64,000 nt of DNA, taken from Stegostoma tigrinum (taxonomy: Eukaryota). Positions within the stretch are counted from its first letter, which is position 1. Each line of letters starts with the position of its first letter. The DNA is taken from NCBI RefSeq assembly GCF_030684315.1, contig NC_081378.1, positions 48,278,307-48,342,306 of the forward strand, read 5' to 3'. The notes under the pieces were generated by a model. That model had not been told where the DNA came from. It saw only the letters and a list, made by a program, of their open reading frames with translations, and searched no databases. The translations under genes were made by a program, and so were the position numbers. Shown here in pieces: positions 22,761 to 35,236 of the stretch.

Positions 22761-22949
22761 CTAAAAAGAAATTCAATTTTTTATAAATGCAGTGAATTTT
22801 CAGTATTTTCAAGGGTAATGTGTCCTTGAAAATAAGTGTCTGCCAAGTCTTCTCCTTAATTTAAAACTAGAAGATGTCAAACAAAATACATCAAAATGTC
22901 ACATTTGCTTAACCTGACAAAATAACCAAAAATTATCTCCATTTCTTAA

Positions 22950-23402
22950 ATAAAAACAAATAAAAACGCTTCAGAAACTCAGCAGGGCTGGTTGCATATG
23001 TGGACAGAGAGAAACAGCGTGATTATTTTGAGTCAAATGATGTTTCTTCCAAATAGAAAGGTCTGTAAAATTATGTTTATTATGTTTTGGATGAAGGTGG
23101 AATAGGTGGGGAGGGTGCTTAGAGCAATAGACAAAGGGAGAATTAATGGTATAAAAGGAGACATGTAAATGCAAAATACGTGTTAATGTTAGATGTGAAT
23201 AGCAGAAAATAGGTCTGCTATGCTAGCCACCATACTCAAGACAATGGGTGCAGACAGGCTATATTAAAAATGGAAGACAATATTCATAGTCTGCAGTTAT
23301 GGAACTTAATGTTGAATCCTGAAGGATGTAAAGTGCCTAAGTGGAAAATGAGGTCGTCCTTCTCCAGTTTGCATTGGACTTTGCTGAAACACTGCAGCAA
23401 GC
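22950..23402 (-). mobile_element. PLE 3' fragment
   Basis: Similar to 28392-28930 (pseudo-LTR plus ORF end). Confidence 0.65.
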
Positions 23403-26400
23403 CTAGGAGATTATGATATTTTTAAACTTTTCCATGTACAGTTGTGACTGATGGTGGACAATTAAATGGCTCACTGGAGAGGAGATTCCACAAATATCTC
23501 CATTCTCAATGATGGTAAAGCTTAGCACATCAGTGAAAAAGATAAGGCTGAAGCATCCACAGCAATCTAGAGGCAGAAGTGCCGAGTGGATGATCCCTCT
23601 TGGCCTCCTCCAGTGCTCCCAAGCATCACTGATGCCAGTCTTCAGCCAATTCAATTCACTCCACATGATACCGTGATATCAAGAGACACTGGGTATGACA
23701 AAGGCTATGGGGTTTGACAACATTCTGGCAATAGTACTGAAGACTTCTGCTCCAGAACTTTCCACTCCTCCAGCCAAGCTGTTCCCGTGCAGTTACAACA
23801 ATATGGAAAATTGCTCAGGTATGTCCTGTATACAAAATGCAGGGCAAGTCCAACTTGGTTAATGAACCCCTCATTGGTTTACTATCAATCGTAAGTTAAG
23901 TGATGGAAGCTGTCATCTAGAGCGCTATCAAGCAAAAACTAATAGAACCGTGGATGCTGTTAAACAGGAACAAAAACACAAGTTGCTGAAAAAGCTCAGC
24001 AGGTCTCCCAAGCTGACTGTACCCCCGCCCCACACAGCTCACTTCTACCTCCTTCCAAAACTCCACAAACAGGACTGCCTGGGCAGACCCATTGGTTCAA
24101 TCTGCTCTTGCCCCATGAAACTCATCTTAACCTACTTTCGCTGTTTTCTCTTCTCGGTCCAATCCCTGCCCATGTACATCCATGATTCCTCTGATGCCTT
24201 ATGATAGTTTTAAAACTTCTAGTTTGCCAGTTCCAGCTGCCTCCTCTTTACCATGGATGTGCAATCCCTTTACATGTCCATTCCCCACCAGGAGGTCTTA
24301 GGGATCTCCATTTCTTCCTGGAGCAAAGACTTGAACCATCCCCACCCACCACCACCTGCCACCACTTGGCCGAGCTTGTCTTTGCCCTCAACAACTTCTC
24401 TTTTAGCTCCTCTCATTTTCTTCAGGTAAGAGGGGTGGCCATGGGTACCCACATGGGCCCCAATTAGGACCTTCTCTTTGTGAGGTACATGGACTATTTC
24501 TTGTTCTAGTCCTATTCCAGATCCCACCCTCAACTCTTTCTCTAAAAGAAAACATTGGTGCTGCTTCCTCCTCTCATCCAGAATTGGAAAAGTTCATTGA
24601 TTTTGCTTCCAATTTCTCTTTGCCCTCTCTGTCACTTGGTCTATTTCCGACTCCTACTTTCCCTTCCTCAACATTTTTGTTTCCATTTCTGGGGATAGAC
24701 TAGCCATTAATATCCACTATAAACCCAATGACTCCCACAGCTACCTGGACTATACATCCTCACACCCCACTTCCTGTAAAGACTCCATCCCATTCTCTCA
24801 GTTCCTCCATCTCCATAGTTTGTGTTCAGATGAGGTCAACTTCGACAAGGGAACCTCAGAAATGACCACCTTCTTCCTCAACTGAGGATTCCCCAGCACC
24901 GTTGTCGACAGGGCCCTCAACCAGGTCCGACCCAACTGCCGCACTTCCACCCTCACCCCTTCTCTTCCCTTTAGCAATAGCGATAGAATTTCCCCTTATC
25001 CTCACCTACCATCCCACCAGCATCCACATCCAGAAGATCATCAAACACCACTTCCACCACCTCCAGTGAGATGCCACCACCAGAAACATATTCCTCTCCC
25101 CTCTCTTGTCTGCCTTCCGCAGGAACTGTTTCCTCAGGGATTCCCTGGTCCACTCTTCCTTCGCTCTCAACAACCCCTCCACAGCCCTATGGCATCTTCC
25201 CCTGTAATTGGCGAAGGTGCAACACCTGCCCATTTACCTCCTTCCTTCCCAGTATCCAAGAGCCCAAACATACCTTCCAGGTGAAGCAACATCTAGGTTA
25301 TGCTCACAAAACAGACCCTGCGCTACCTGTTGTCTACGATTTTAACACATCATCCTGTTCCCTGGCCAACATCTGTGTCTCAGACATGCTGCAGTGTTGC
25401 AGTGAGGCTCAACGCTAGCTGAAAGAACAACACTTCATTTTCCACTTGGAGACCCTGCAACTCTCTGGACTCAATACTGAGTTCAATAATTTTGAGGCCT
25501 CAACTCTCCCATGTCCTAACCCCCGACCCCACACACCAGGCCTTGTTATCACAGAGCCTACTATTACATACTATCTGTTGTTAGTTACTAACAGTCTCCA
25601 TTAACAACTATTCACACTCCCAGCGGGATCGTTATCATCTCCTTTGTCTGTCCAACTGTTCTTCTCTCTCTTTGGGCTCTATCCTATCGTTTACCCCCTA
25701 CCCCACAACCCCTCCCTATTTTGTGCATACAAACCTATGTTTTCCCAGCTACCATCAATTCTGAGGAAGGGTCACTGGACCTGAAATGTTAACTCTGATA
25801 TTTTTCTTCATGGATGCTGTCAGACCTGCTGAGCTTTTCCAGTGCTATCAAGCAGTTTGGTTCTGCCAGGGCCACTCAGCTCATTACAGCCATGGTTCAA
25901 ACATGAACACAACAGCCGAATTCCAGAAGTGAGGTGAGAGTGACAGCCCATGATATCAAGGTCACGTTCGAACAGGTGTGGGAATCAGAGAGAAAACTCC
26001 CCGCTGGGTGGAGTTACAGCTGGCACACAGGAAGATAGTTGTGGTTGTTGGAGGTCAGTCATCTCAGATCTAGGACATCTCTGAGGAGTTCCTCAGGGTA
26101 GATTAATGGACCCAAACATCTTCAACTGCTGCAGCAATGACGTTCCCTCCACCATAAGGTCAGAAGTGGGGATTTTTACTGATGATTGCACAATGTTCAG
26201 CACTATTCGTGACTGTTCAGATACCAAATCAGTCCATGCATCAAAACCTGGACTTATCCAAATGACTTTTAAACATTGTAATTATACCACTTCCTCAAGA
26301 AGTTCATCCCATACCCGAACCCACTCTGTGTAAAAAATTCACCCCCATGTCTTTTTTAAATCTCTCTCCTCTCACCTTAAAAATGTGGTCCCCAGTCTTG

Positions 26401-27236
26401 AAACCCCCATCCTAGAGAAAAGACATCTACCATTAACTATACCTATACCTTTTTTAAGAAACTTATTTTATAAACTTCCATTAGATTGCCTCACAACCTC
26501 CTACACTCCAGTGAAAAAAGTGCCAGCCTATCCAGCCTTTCTTTATAACTGAAATCTCCCATAGCCAGCGACATCCTGGTAGACCTCTTCTGACCCCTCG
26601 CTGAAAGGTCTGTTTCCATGTTGTAAGACTCTACAGACTCACCAAATAAATACAACAGCTGCAAGAGTAATTCAGAGAGTAGAAATACTGCAGCGAGTAA
26701 CTCACCTCCTGATTCCCCAAAGCCTATCCACCATCTAAAACGGACAAATCAGGAGTGTGATGGAATACTTCACACTTACCTGGGTGAGTGCAGTTCTAAC
26801 AACACTCAAGAAGCTTGACACCATCCAGGACAAAACAGCCCGCTTGATTGGCACTGCATCCACAAGCATCCACTCCCTCCATCACCAATGTTCAGTAGCA
26901 GCAGTATGTACTATCTACAATATGCACTGCAGAAATTTACCAAAGATCCTTAGATAGCATCTTCCAAACACACAAATACTGGGACTGCAGATACATAGGA
27001 ACACCACCGCCTGCAAGATACTCTCTAAACCACACATGACATTGACTTGGAAATAGATCACCATGCCTTCACTGGCACTGGGTTAAAATCCTGGAACTCT
27101 AGAAGGGCATTGTGTGTCTCCCTAAGAACATGGCCCACGACAGTTCAAGAAGGCAGTTCACCGCCTCCTTCACAAGGGCAACTAATGCTGGCCTAGCCAG
27201 CAATGTCCACGTTCCATCAGTGAATTTTCAAAAAAG
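23403..27236 (+). mobile_element. Decayed LINE (family of 10686-14750) interrupted by a PLE (23935-25840) and a minus-strand CR1 piece (~26255-26600)
   Basis: Colinear similarity to 12440-14750, including FTDD and the 3' tail. Confidence 0.8.
23935..25840 (+). mobile_element. Penelope-like element with RT and pseudo-LTRs
   Basis: FYLLPKLHK...GRPI and QVRGVAMGTHMGP PLE-RT motifs; hammerhead-like ctgagga...gaaatgtt at 25761-25790; 14-bp TSD agcgctatcaagca / agtgctatcaagca. Confidence 0.9.
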
Positions 27237-28391
27237 CACCAATACAAAGGTCACGGAATTTCAAATGCAAAGCATATTCAGTACAAAGTAAGCCTAAATT
27301 AAGTTTTGCACTGGTTTAAAAGAACTGTCGTTTAAGTCAGCCCTGTTCACAACACTTGCCTTGTTTCCAGAATGATCTAATCAACAGTGCCAGAGCTCTG
27401 TTGTTACATATATTTGCAGATCTTCAACTACATTATTTCAGAAAAATAATGAACAGTAACACTAATAGCTGCGTATAAAAAGTGCTGAAGCTTCTGAAAC
27501 CCAGTCATACATTCATAATGATTAAAGCGGTCATGACAAAAGTTCTTAGCTGCGTTCATTGAAATTGACAGAATGGATGATGTACCACTTCCAACTTAAT
27601 GCAGAGTGTCCATAAATCGGTGGAGGGTAATTGATGCTGAGATGCATTTCAATTTTCAAAAGTAGGTTTCTTTTAAAAAGAGAGCTGACTTTCAACTTAA
27701 ATCATAGTACAACATGTGACAGCAGAGGTTGATTTTCAATCCATAGTGGCATTTTGATAATTACGTACTTTAGAGGATTCTGAGATTGCAGAAGATATAG
27801 TTAGAGGGAGAGGGTAAGACCACATAGGAATTCAAAAGCAAAGATAAGAATCATAAAATCTACGTCTTTTTTAACTAGGACTCAGTGTGCATAGTAGTAA
27901 TGGTTGTGAAGGTCTTGGTGCAAAAATGGGTACAAACAACATTGTTTTGAATGACAAAGTTTACAGTGGGTGGAACACAGAAAACCACCGACGAGCACAT
28001 GAAAATAGCCAAATCTCTTAGTAACAGAGGCATGGATGATGTTTTCAACAGTGCACGAAATGCTGCAGCGGTGCAAGTATGGAAATGGAGATCATACTCT
28101 CAGTGGTAGTGCAGACCTGTACTCAAGTAATATAATCTCAGCACTGCTGTAACTTATCCAAGACCGTTTATTTTAACAAATACAATCGTTTTCATTATGC
28201 TTTCTCCCATAACCATTAGCTTAAATTTATTTAAGGACAAAACCATAAACTAAGATCTTTCCCTACTCTTAACCTTGCCCGTCATATAATTCAATAACTC
28301 GGAATTTCCAAACATTACATATGTTGTTTTTAATTGAACTACCATTCTTAGTAAACCCTGCATTAGGTATTAATTTGGTAATATTTAATGT

Positions 28392-29322
28392 CATAAAAAT
28401 CAAAAGAACTGTGGATGCTGTAAATCAGAAAGAAAAACAGAAATTGCTAGAAAAGCTCAGCAGGTCTGGTAGCATCTGTGGAAAGAAATCAGAGTGAACA
28501 TTCCGGGTCGAGTGAACATTGCAGGTCGAGTAACCCTTCCTCAGAACTTATCATAGCTAGGAAAATGTGTGTTTACATGCAGAAAATAGGGTTGGGGGTG
28601 GGGGGCTAAGGAGTAAACATTAGGTGGGGAGACCAAACAGAGAGAGAGAACAGTTAGACAGTCAAACGAGTGGATAACAATTTGGCTAGGAGGATGAATA
28701 GCTATAAGTGGCCACTTTTAGTGGCTAACAATGGGTTATCTGTAAAAACAGACTATGTGATAACAAGGCCTGGCATGTGCAGGTTGGAGTAGTGACATGG
28801 GAGAGCTCAAGCCCTAAAATTGTTGAACTTGATATTGAGTCCAGAAGATTGTTGTGTTCCCAACTGGAAAATGAGGTGTTGTTCTTTCAGCTTGTGCTGA
28901 GCTTCGCTGAAACACTGCAGCAAGCCTGAGACAGAGATGTTGGCCAGAGAACAGGGTGGTGGTAAAGTGGCAGACAACTGGAAGTTCAGGGTCTTTTTAC
29001 AGACAGAACGTAAGCATTCTGTGAAGCAGCCACCCAGTCTATGCTTCATTTGCCCAAAGTAGACGAGACCACATTGTGAACAGCGCATGCAGTAGACTAG
29101 ATTGTGTGAAGCACAGATAAAGCCCTGCTTCATCTGGAAGGTGTGTTTGGGCTCTTGGGTACTGAGGAGAAGGAAATAAATGGACAGAACAAACAATTTC
29201 TGTGGTTGCAGGGATAGGTGCTATGGGGCTGTGAGCGGCATTGGGAGTGAGGTAAGAGTGGACCAAGGTGTACCGGAGAGAATAATCTCTGGAGAAGACT
29301 CACAAAGAAGGAGAGGGGAAGG
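28392..29322 (-). mobile_element. PLE 3' part with GIY-YIG domain and pseudo-LTR
   Basis: ORF 28807-29196: NLVYCMRCSQCGLVYFGQMKHRL...EQHLIFQLGT...GLNIKF. Confidence 0.88.
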
Positions 29323-29329
29323 ATATTAT

Positions 29330-29783
29330 TAAATGGGAAAGGGTTCAGAAAAGAGTTATCAGGATGTTGCTGGGATGGAAGGTTTGAGTTATAAGGAGAG
29401 TCTGGATAGACGAAATTTTTTTCACTAGAGCACAGGAGGTTGAAAGGTAGAGATTTGTAAAATCATGCAGGGCATAGATAAGGTGAATAGCAAAGGTCTC
29501 TTCCCTGAAGTAGGCGAGTTCAAAATTAGCAGACATATTTCTAAGGACATGAGGGGCACCTTTTTTACACAGGTTTGTGTGAGGAATGAAATGGCAGAGG
29601 AAATAATGGATGCAGGTACAGTTACATCATTTAAAAGATGTTTGGATAAGTACATGAATAGGAAAGAGTTGTAGGGATATGGGCTAAACACAGGCAAGCA
29701 GGCCTAGTTTAGGGTAGGAAAATGGTCATTGTGGACCAGATGAACCAAGGGTCTGTTTCCATGCCGTATGACTCGATGGCTCT
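29330..29783 (+). mobile_element. CR1-type LINE 3' end
   Basis: MQGIDKVNSKGLFP...FFTQ; tail 'gtatgactcgatggctct'. Confidence 0.82.
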
Positions 29784-29813
29784 TTAATCTGAATAATTTG
29801 CTGAAGCATCTAC

Positions 29814-29960
29814 CTTTAGAAGGATATCAGTTGCTTTATCATTAATGTCGGAGAGAAGTTCCTGAAGATCCCAAATGGTCTGCTGATACTGGTTCGAAAT
29901 TCCCTCCAACAACTCATCAAGTGGAGTGTCAGTTAATACCATTTCCAATTCATCCAAAAG
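29814..29960 (-). CDS. DNAI7: DNAI7/CASC1 exon 7 (LLDELEMVLTDTP...KATDILLK)
   Basis: tgcag| 147 nt |gtagat; matches recalled LIEKLKFILLETP...QYQESILQLQELL...ATEILLR. Confidence 0.92.
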
Positions 29961-30916
29961 CTGCAACACATTTTATGAAAGTCACAGGGCAAATTTAAAT
30001 GTTGTCTTTATATTCAAAACTCAAAAGCTTTTGTTAAATGCTTCTAATGTCTAATTGAAATGATTCAATACATTCGAAAACAAATAACTGAAGAAACAGA
30101 ATGTCTTTGAAAATTTGTTTCTGAAAGCAAATTTTAGCAGTTTCACCTGTGCAAATTCAAGTGCAAAACTTCTAATCAAGCGAGAGAGAGAGAGAGAAAC
30201 TATTCCAATTTTGAATAGCGAGTCTCAAGGGGGAAAGAAGACGCGCATGAAGAAGAAGCAAGCATTGAGAAAGAGAATGTTTAGATTCACAGGAGAGAGA
30301 GTGTAGCGATCACTATAGCCAAATTTCCATAAACTCCAGAATTCCTTGTATACATTTGATATAGGTGTCTCAATGAGGAGTTCAAAACTATATTTTTTGA
30401 GAATTATTTCAAAATTATTATAAGGACTGATATACGTGGGTGATTTGAAAAATATGTTTTAGTGACCATGCAATTGAGGTATATTTTTTGCTGTGGTGGA
30501 TTAATATTGTGGTGATAAAGCTAATCCTGATATTCTATCATCTTCAGACAACATATTAGCAAGTCAAGACGTAAGATGTTAAATGCAACATACTTTGGAG
30601 GTCTACAGTCCTAAAGCTTTCTACCACTGAGTTTTCTCTCATGTCATTCTTAGGTCTCTTGAACATTAAATGATAGAGGATTAATTGCTATGATTGGCCA
30701 ATACCTTCATTATCCAGGATCATCTACCAGGGTAGTGAATATAAACTAGACAAATGTTGATCTACCTATCAAATAATAATTCTAAAACTGGTAGTTTATT
30801 ATTGTGTTCCGGTGTCACATTGCATGCACTGAAAGGAAACAAAAGCCAGAGAGAAAGAAACTTGTTTTTTTCCCTAACAACATTCTAAGGCCGATAATGT
30901 TAACTGAGTAACTAAC

Positions 30917-31054
30917 CTGTAATATTATTCTACCTCCTTCAAGCAAACTTTTTACATCTACATTTGGATTCTCTTTTGAAAGGTTTATGAAAGTATTAAT
31001 CTCCTGAGGTATTGTTGGATCCGGGGTCCCATCGCAGCGCATGTAACGTTGCCA
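30917..31054 (-). CDS. DNAI7: DNAI7/CASC1 exon 6 (WQRYMRCDGTPDPTIPQEINTFINL...IILQ)
   Basis: ttcag| 138 nt |gttagt; contains the diagnostic Casc1_N motif W..Y..CDG.PDP...QE.NTFI.L. Confidence 0.95.
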
Positions 31055-32143
31055 CTGAAGGAAAAGCAAATAATAACAACAGTAGCTTACTTATTTCAAC
31101 ACTGATCCTTTGGATATCTAACATAACAATCTAAAATATGATGCTGAAAATTGAAAGGAACAGAAATGCCTTTATCCTCAAATTACATCTTAATTTGTTC
31201 TGAATTTAAAACAAAGCATCTCTCCCACTAAATGTGTGATGCTGCCTAGACACCCTTGACTTAAATGAGCTTTCTCAACAGTTAAATAAATAGTTTTGAT
31301 GAACGTAATTGAAATTTCCATATTTTGTATTAACAATCATAATTTCTTGTTAACCTTCTGCTTACCACGGCCACAAAGAAATGCTTTCACGCACAACTTC
31401 TGTATTCAAATTAAAAAACATTTGAAACTAAACAGCTGGATTTGTTAATTACTACATAAAAGGCAAATCACATTTCCAAATTTCAGAATGTAAAACTCTT
31501 CAGTCAGTCCCTTGACTCCAAGTGTGCTTTATACAATGGTTACCAGGAGGTTTAGGCCCAAAGTTCGATTATCTCTGTAACAAGCTGATTCCTGACTGTC
31601 AAAATTTCATGAGCTTATAACAGAATCAAGAGACTTGGTCCCAATAGCCAAGCTAACATTGCAATGTCACACTGAGGCTAAAAGATCTGGAATGCACCAT
31701 CTGCAAATATGCTTGAGACAGAATCAACTATTCATTTCCAGTCTCTTAGTCTAAAAATATTGGCATGAATGAAATGGTCAGCGATGTCTGGGGCAGGGGA
31801 GGGTCAAATCAAGTGGTTGGGGGGGAGGGGGGCAGTTATGCTCACCTCAACAGCTTTTTGAGAGGGAGAGTTCCAGGTTTTCACTATCCTTTGTGTGAAG
31901 AAATGCTTACTGAACTGCTTAATTCTAAACTTAAAAGTTATGTTCCCTTGTTTGGGACTATCCCAACAGTGAAGGTATTTTGTTTTTGCTTATGTACCCT
32001 ATCGAATCCTTCAAACACATTAGACACATCAATCTTATAAAACAGAATTATTTTATAACACCACTGCATTCACGTTTATCTATTCAACAGCCACAAAAAG
32101 TTCTAAAATCAAGGGAATAACAGCCTACACTAGGAAACATTAC

Positions 32144-32248
32144 CTTCTTCATTTCTCTCCGGCTTTTGTGCACCTTCTGAACAGTATGATGTTTTCTTTC
32201 CAAAATCTGGTAAAGTTCGGGTAGTTCAAGTTCTTTACGTGCTTTATC
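32144..32248 (-). CDS. DNAI7: DNAI7/CASC1 exon 5 (DKARKELELPELYQILERKHHTVQKVHKSRREMKK)
   Basis: aaatag| 105 nt |gtaatg; matches recalled human DLERRNEELEELYLLER; phase 0/0. Confidence 0.88.
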
Positions 32249-32841
32249 CTATTTTGAGGTAAAAACCAAATCAATCCATGTCAGCTATATTAGAAGAAGT
32301 TGCTCTGATATATAATGTAAATTTAATCGATACTAAGTCCACTTTTCCCGCACTTCAGAAGAAAACAATTTAAGGAACAATTTTTGAGAGACTGCCAAAC
32401 ACTCAGTACATCACGCATAATACGCAGCCACGGATTATTGTCCAATTCAACTTGGCATGAAATGGATTGATTTTCTTTGCAATAACAACCTGAACATTTT
32501 AAATCTGTGTATATATTATTACAAGCTAAATAAATTGTGTTGGCATCAGTTGAACTCCCACTGGTTTGTACATGGATTGTTCTAATTCTAGAGCATATTC
32601 CTGATGAATTGTTACCAAGATGCCTGTCCCTTTAAAATGGCAGCTCAGGTGGTCCTATTAGATAGGTTGTCTCTAAAGGGCTAGAGTTGTATTAAATTAA
32701 ATATAACAGGTTTTAAACAAGTGGAACGGTCTCCCACTAATCCAAATTTGTCTGGACATCTTTCTCTGTAAAGGCACCAACTCCATGAACCCCCATCCCC
32801 AAACAGACCACTTCTACCTCATTCACAAGGTCAACACTTCA

Positions 32842-33180
32842 GGTGACACCCTGGCACAGTGGTTAGCACTTCTGCCTCACAGCACCAGGAACCCAATTAA
32901 ATTCCAACCATGTGTGACTATCTGTGTGGAGTTTGCACAGTTTCCCTGTGTTGCCGTGATTTTCCTGATGGTGCTCCACTTTCCTCCAACAGTCCAAAGT
33001 TGTCCAGGTTCGGTGGATTGGCCATACTAAAAAGATCCCCATATGTCCAGGGATGTGCGGATTAGTTGGGTTAGCCCTGATAAAAACCGCATGTGGATTA
33101 TAGGGATGGGATGGGGAATCAGTGCAGAATCAATGGGCTGAATGGCTTCTTTCTGCACTGTAGGGATTCTATGATTCTAA
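32842..33180 (+). mobile_element. HE1-like V-SINE
   Basis: tRNA-like head tggcacagtggttagcac, V-domain 'ctgtgtggagtttgcac', tail gattctatgattcta. Confidence 0.8.
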
Positions 33181-33327
33181 TAAAGCAGATTAGCTTGCAG
33201 ACCATTTTCATCAATCTGTTTAAGCCCCACTGAAACAATTTCTTCCTGCTCTGACTCAATTTTCTCTTTCAGTCCCTTCCCACCTGCATCATGACCCTTC
33301 TGATGCCAGCTGGCTCCTTAAGAGTTC

Positions 33328-33950
33328 GCATAGAACAGTACAGCACTTTACAGGCCCTTCGGCCCACGATGTTGTGCAAACCTCCACCCCTACCTTATAC
33401 TATCATCCATATGCCTATCTAACAGCCACTTAAATGCCCCTAATGAGGACAAGTCCACTACTGTCTCCGGCAATGCATTCCACACCCCTACCATTCTCTG
33501 AGTAAAGAACCTACCTCTGCCGTCTCCCCTATATCTACCTCCACTCAGTTTAAAACTATGTCCCCACATAATAGCTACTTCCACCCTTGGAAAAAGTCTC
33601 TGGCTGTCCACTCTATCTATACCTCTGATCATTCTGTACACCTCTATCAAGTCACCTCTCATCCTTCGTCGTTCGGAAGAGAAAAGCCCTAGCTCTCTCA
33701 ACCTTTCCTCATAAGACCTTCCCTCGATTCCAGGCAACATCCTGGTAAATCCCCTCCACACCTTTTCCAACGCTTCCACATCTCACCTGTAATGAGGTGA
33801 CCAGTACTGGACACAATACTCCAGATGTGGTAGAACCAGGGTTTTGCATAGCTGGAGCATAACTTCATCGCACTTGAGCTCAATCCCTCTATTAATGAAA
33901 GCTAACATACCATACGCCTTCCTAACAACTGTATCCACCAGGGTGGCAGG
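33328..33950 (-). mobile_element. Young CR1 3' part nested in an old PLE remnant (~32750-34667, resuming 38242-38600)
   Basis: ORFs 33390-33779 and 33783-33974 (PHLEYCVQYWSP, RGRFFTQR). Confidence 0.88.
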
Positions 33951-34667
33951 TTCTAACAGCCTCCTTTTCATCACAGATGTCCAATCACACTACAATTCCA
34001 TTCCCGCACCATTCCCCTGCTCCAAATTCACCCTCCCCGAAACTTCACCTATAATCCTCCAAATAAATGTATTGTCAAATGTACATAAATGGGTGCAGGC
34101 TATGCACATCTTCTGTGGGATATGTCCAAACAAGGCCCTTTCCCTCACCTTGTTTATAAATGACTGTAAAGATGCTATTTCCTACTTTTGCCCTGAAAAC
34201 ATTATCTAGTTTGCTACTAATTTCAACACTTGTTTCATTTTCAAATAGTCCGTCTCTAACTCTTCATTTTCTAACCATGATTTCTCTAATATTCACAATA
34301 AGCTCTCTGATTACCATAGCTACCTTGAATGCAGTTCCTCACATCCTGCTTTCCCTATCCCCGTTTCTCTGTCTCCGTCACATTGGGTTTGAAGATGCAA
34401 CCTTCCATACTAGCACTTCCAATATCTTTCTTTTTCTTTACCCAAGGAATTCTCCAACTACGTTTGACAGAACCCACTGGTTTGACCATTTCACTTCATG
34501 CAACATCCCACCCTTTTCCTGCATTCCCACAGTTAAATTGATTACACTGTCCTTAATATCCATTCAGCAACTCTGTATTCAATGCATAACTCTCTGCCAT
34601 TCAACCATCTCATGCATAATATCATTGCCAGACAAATATTATCATATCTGCTTCTAGAATTTAGAAG

Positions 34668-35180
34668 ATGTGGAGGTGCCAGTGCTGGACAAGGTCAAAA
34701 ATCACACGACACCAGGTTATAGTCCAACAGGTTTATTTGAAGACACAAGCTTTCAAGGTCTCACTCCTTCTTCAAGTGTTTGTGAGAGAGGTGGCATCAG
34801 ATACCGAATTTATAAGCAAAAGATCAAAGGGTTATAGAACTGATTCAAATGTATTGAACAAACCTAAGATGGCTGTTAACTTTTTAATCAGTTAGAAAGG
34901 AGATGTTTAATATGAAAATCGCAGAATTTCTTTCAAGTCACTGCCGATGATAACTAAAGATATTAACGTATACCAGAAATGGCATCTCAGGTCATTTTAG
35001 GTGTGAGGCCTTGTTTAGAACCTGTCTGGTTTTTAACATGGAGTTAGGCTAGGTTTATTTCCAAATCAGGAGTTTATAGAATGCCATATTGACTGTCTAC
35101 AAATTGTGTGTTTTTTGAACAAAATAGAATGTATCGGCAATTACAAATCTGTAAATACAAATTCAACCCATAGACCTATA

Positions 35181-35236
<56 letters not shown>

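Noticed and set aside
32842-32910. tRNA gene candidates (also ~10690, ~44030, ~53250-53315)
   Set aside because: These are SINE heads continuing into repeat bodies, with no complete cloverleaf.
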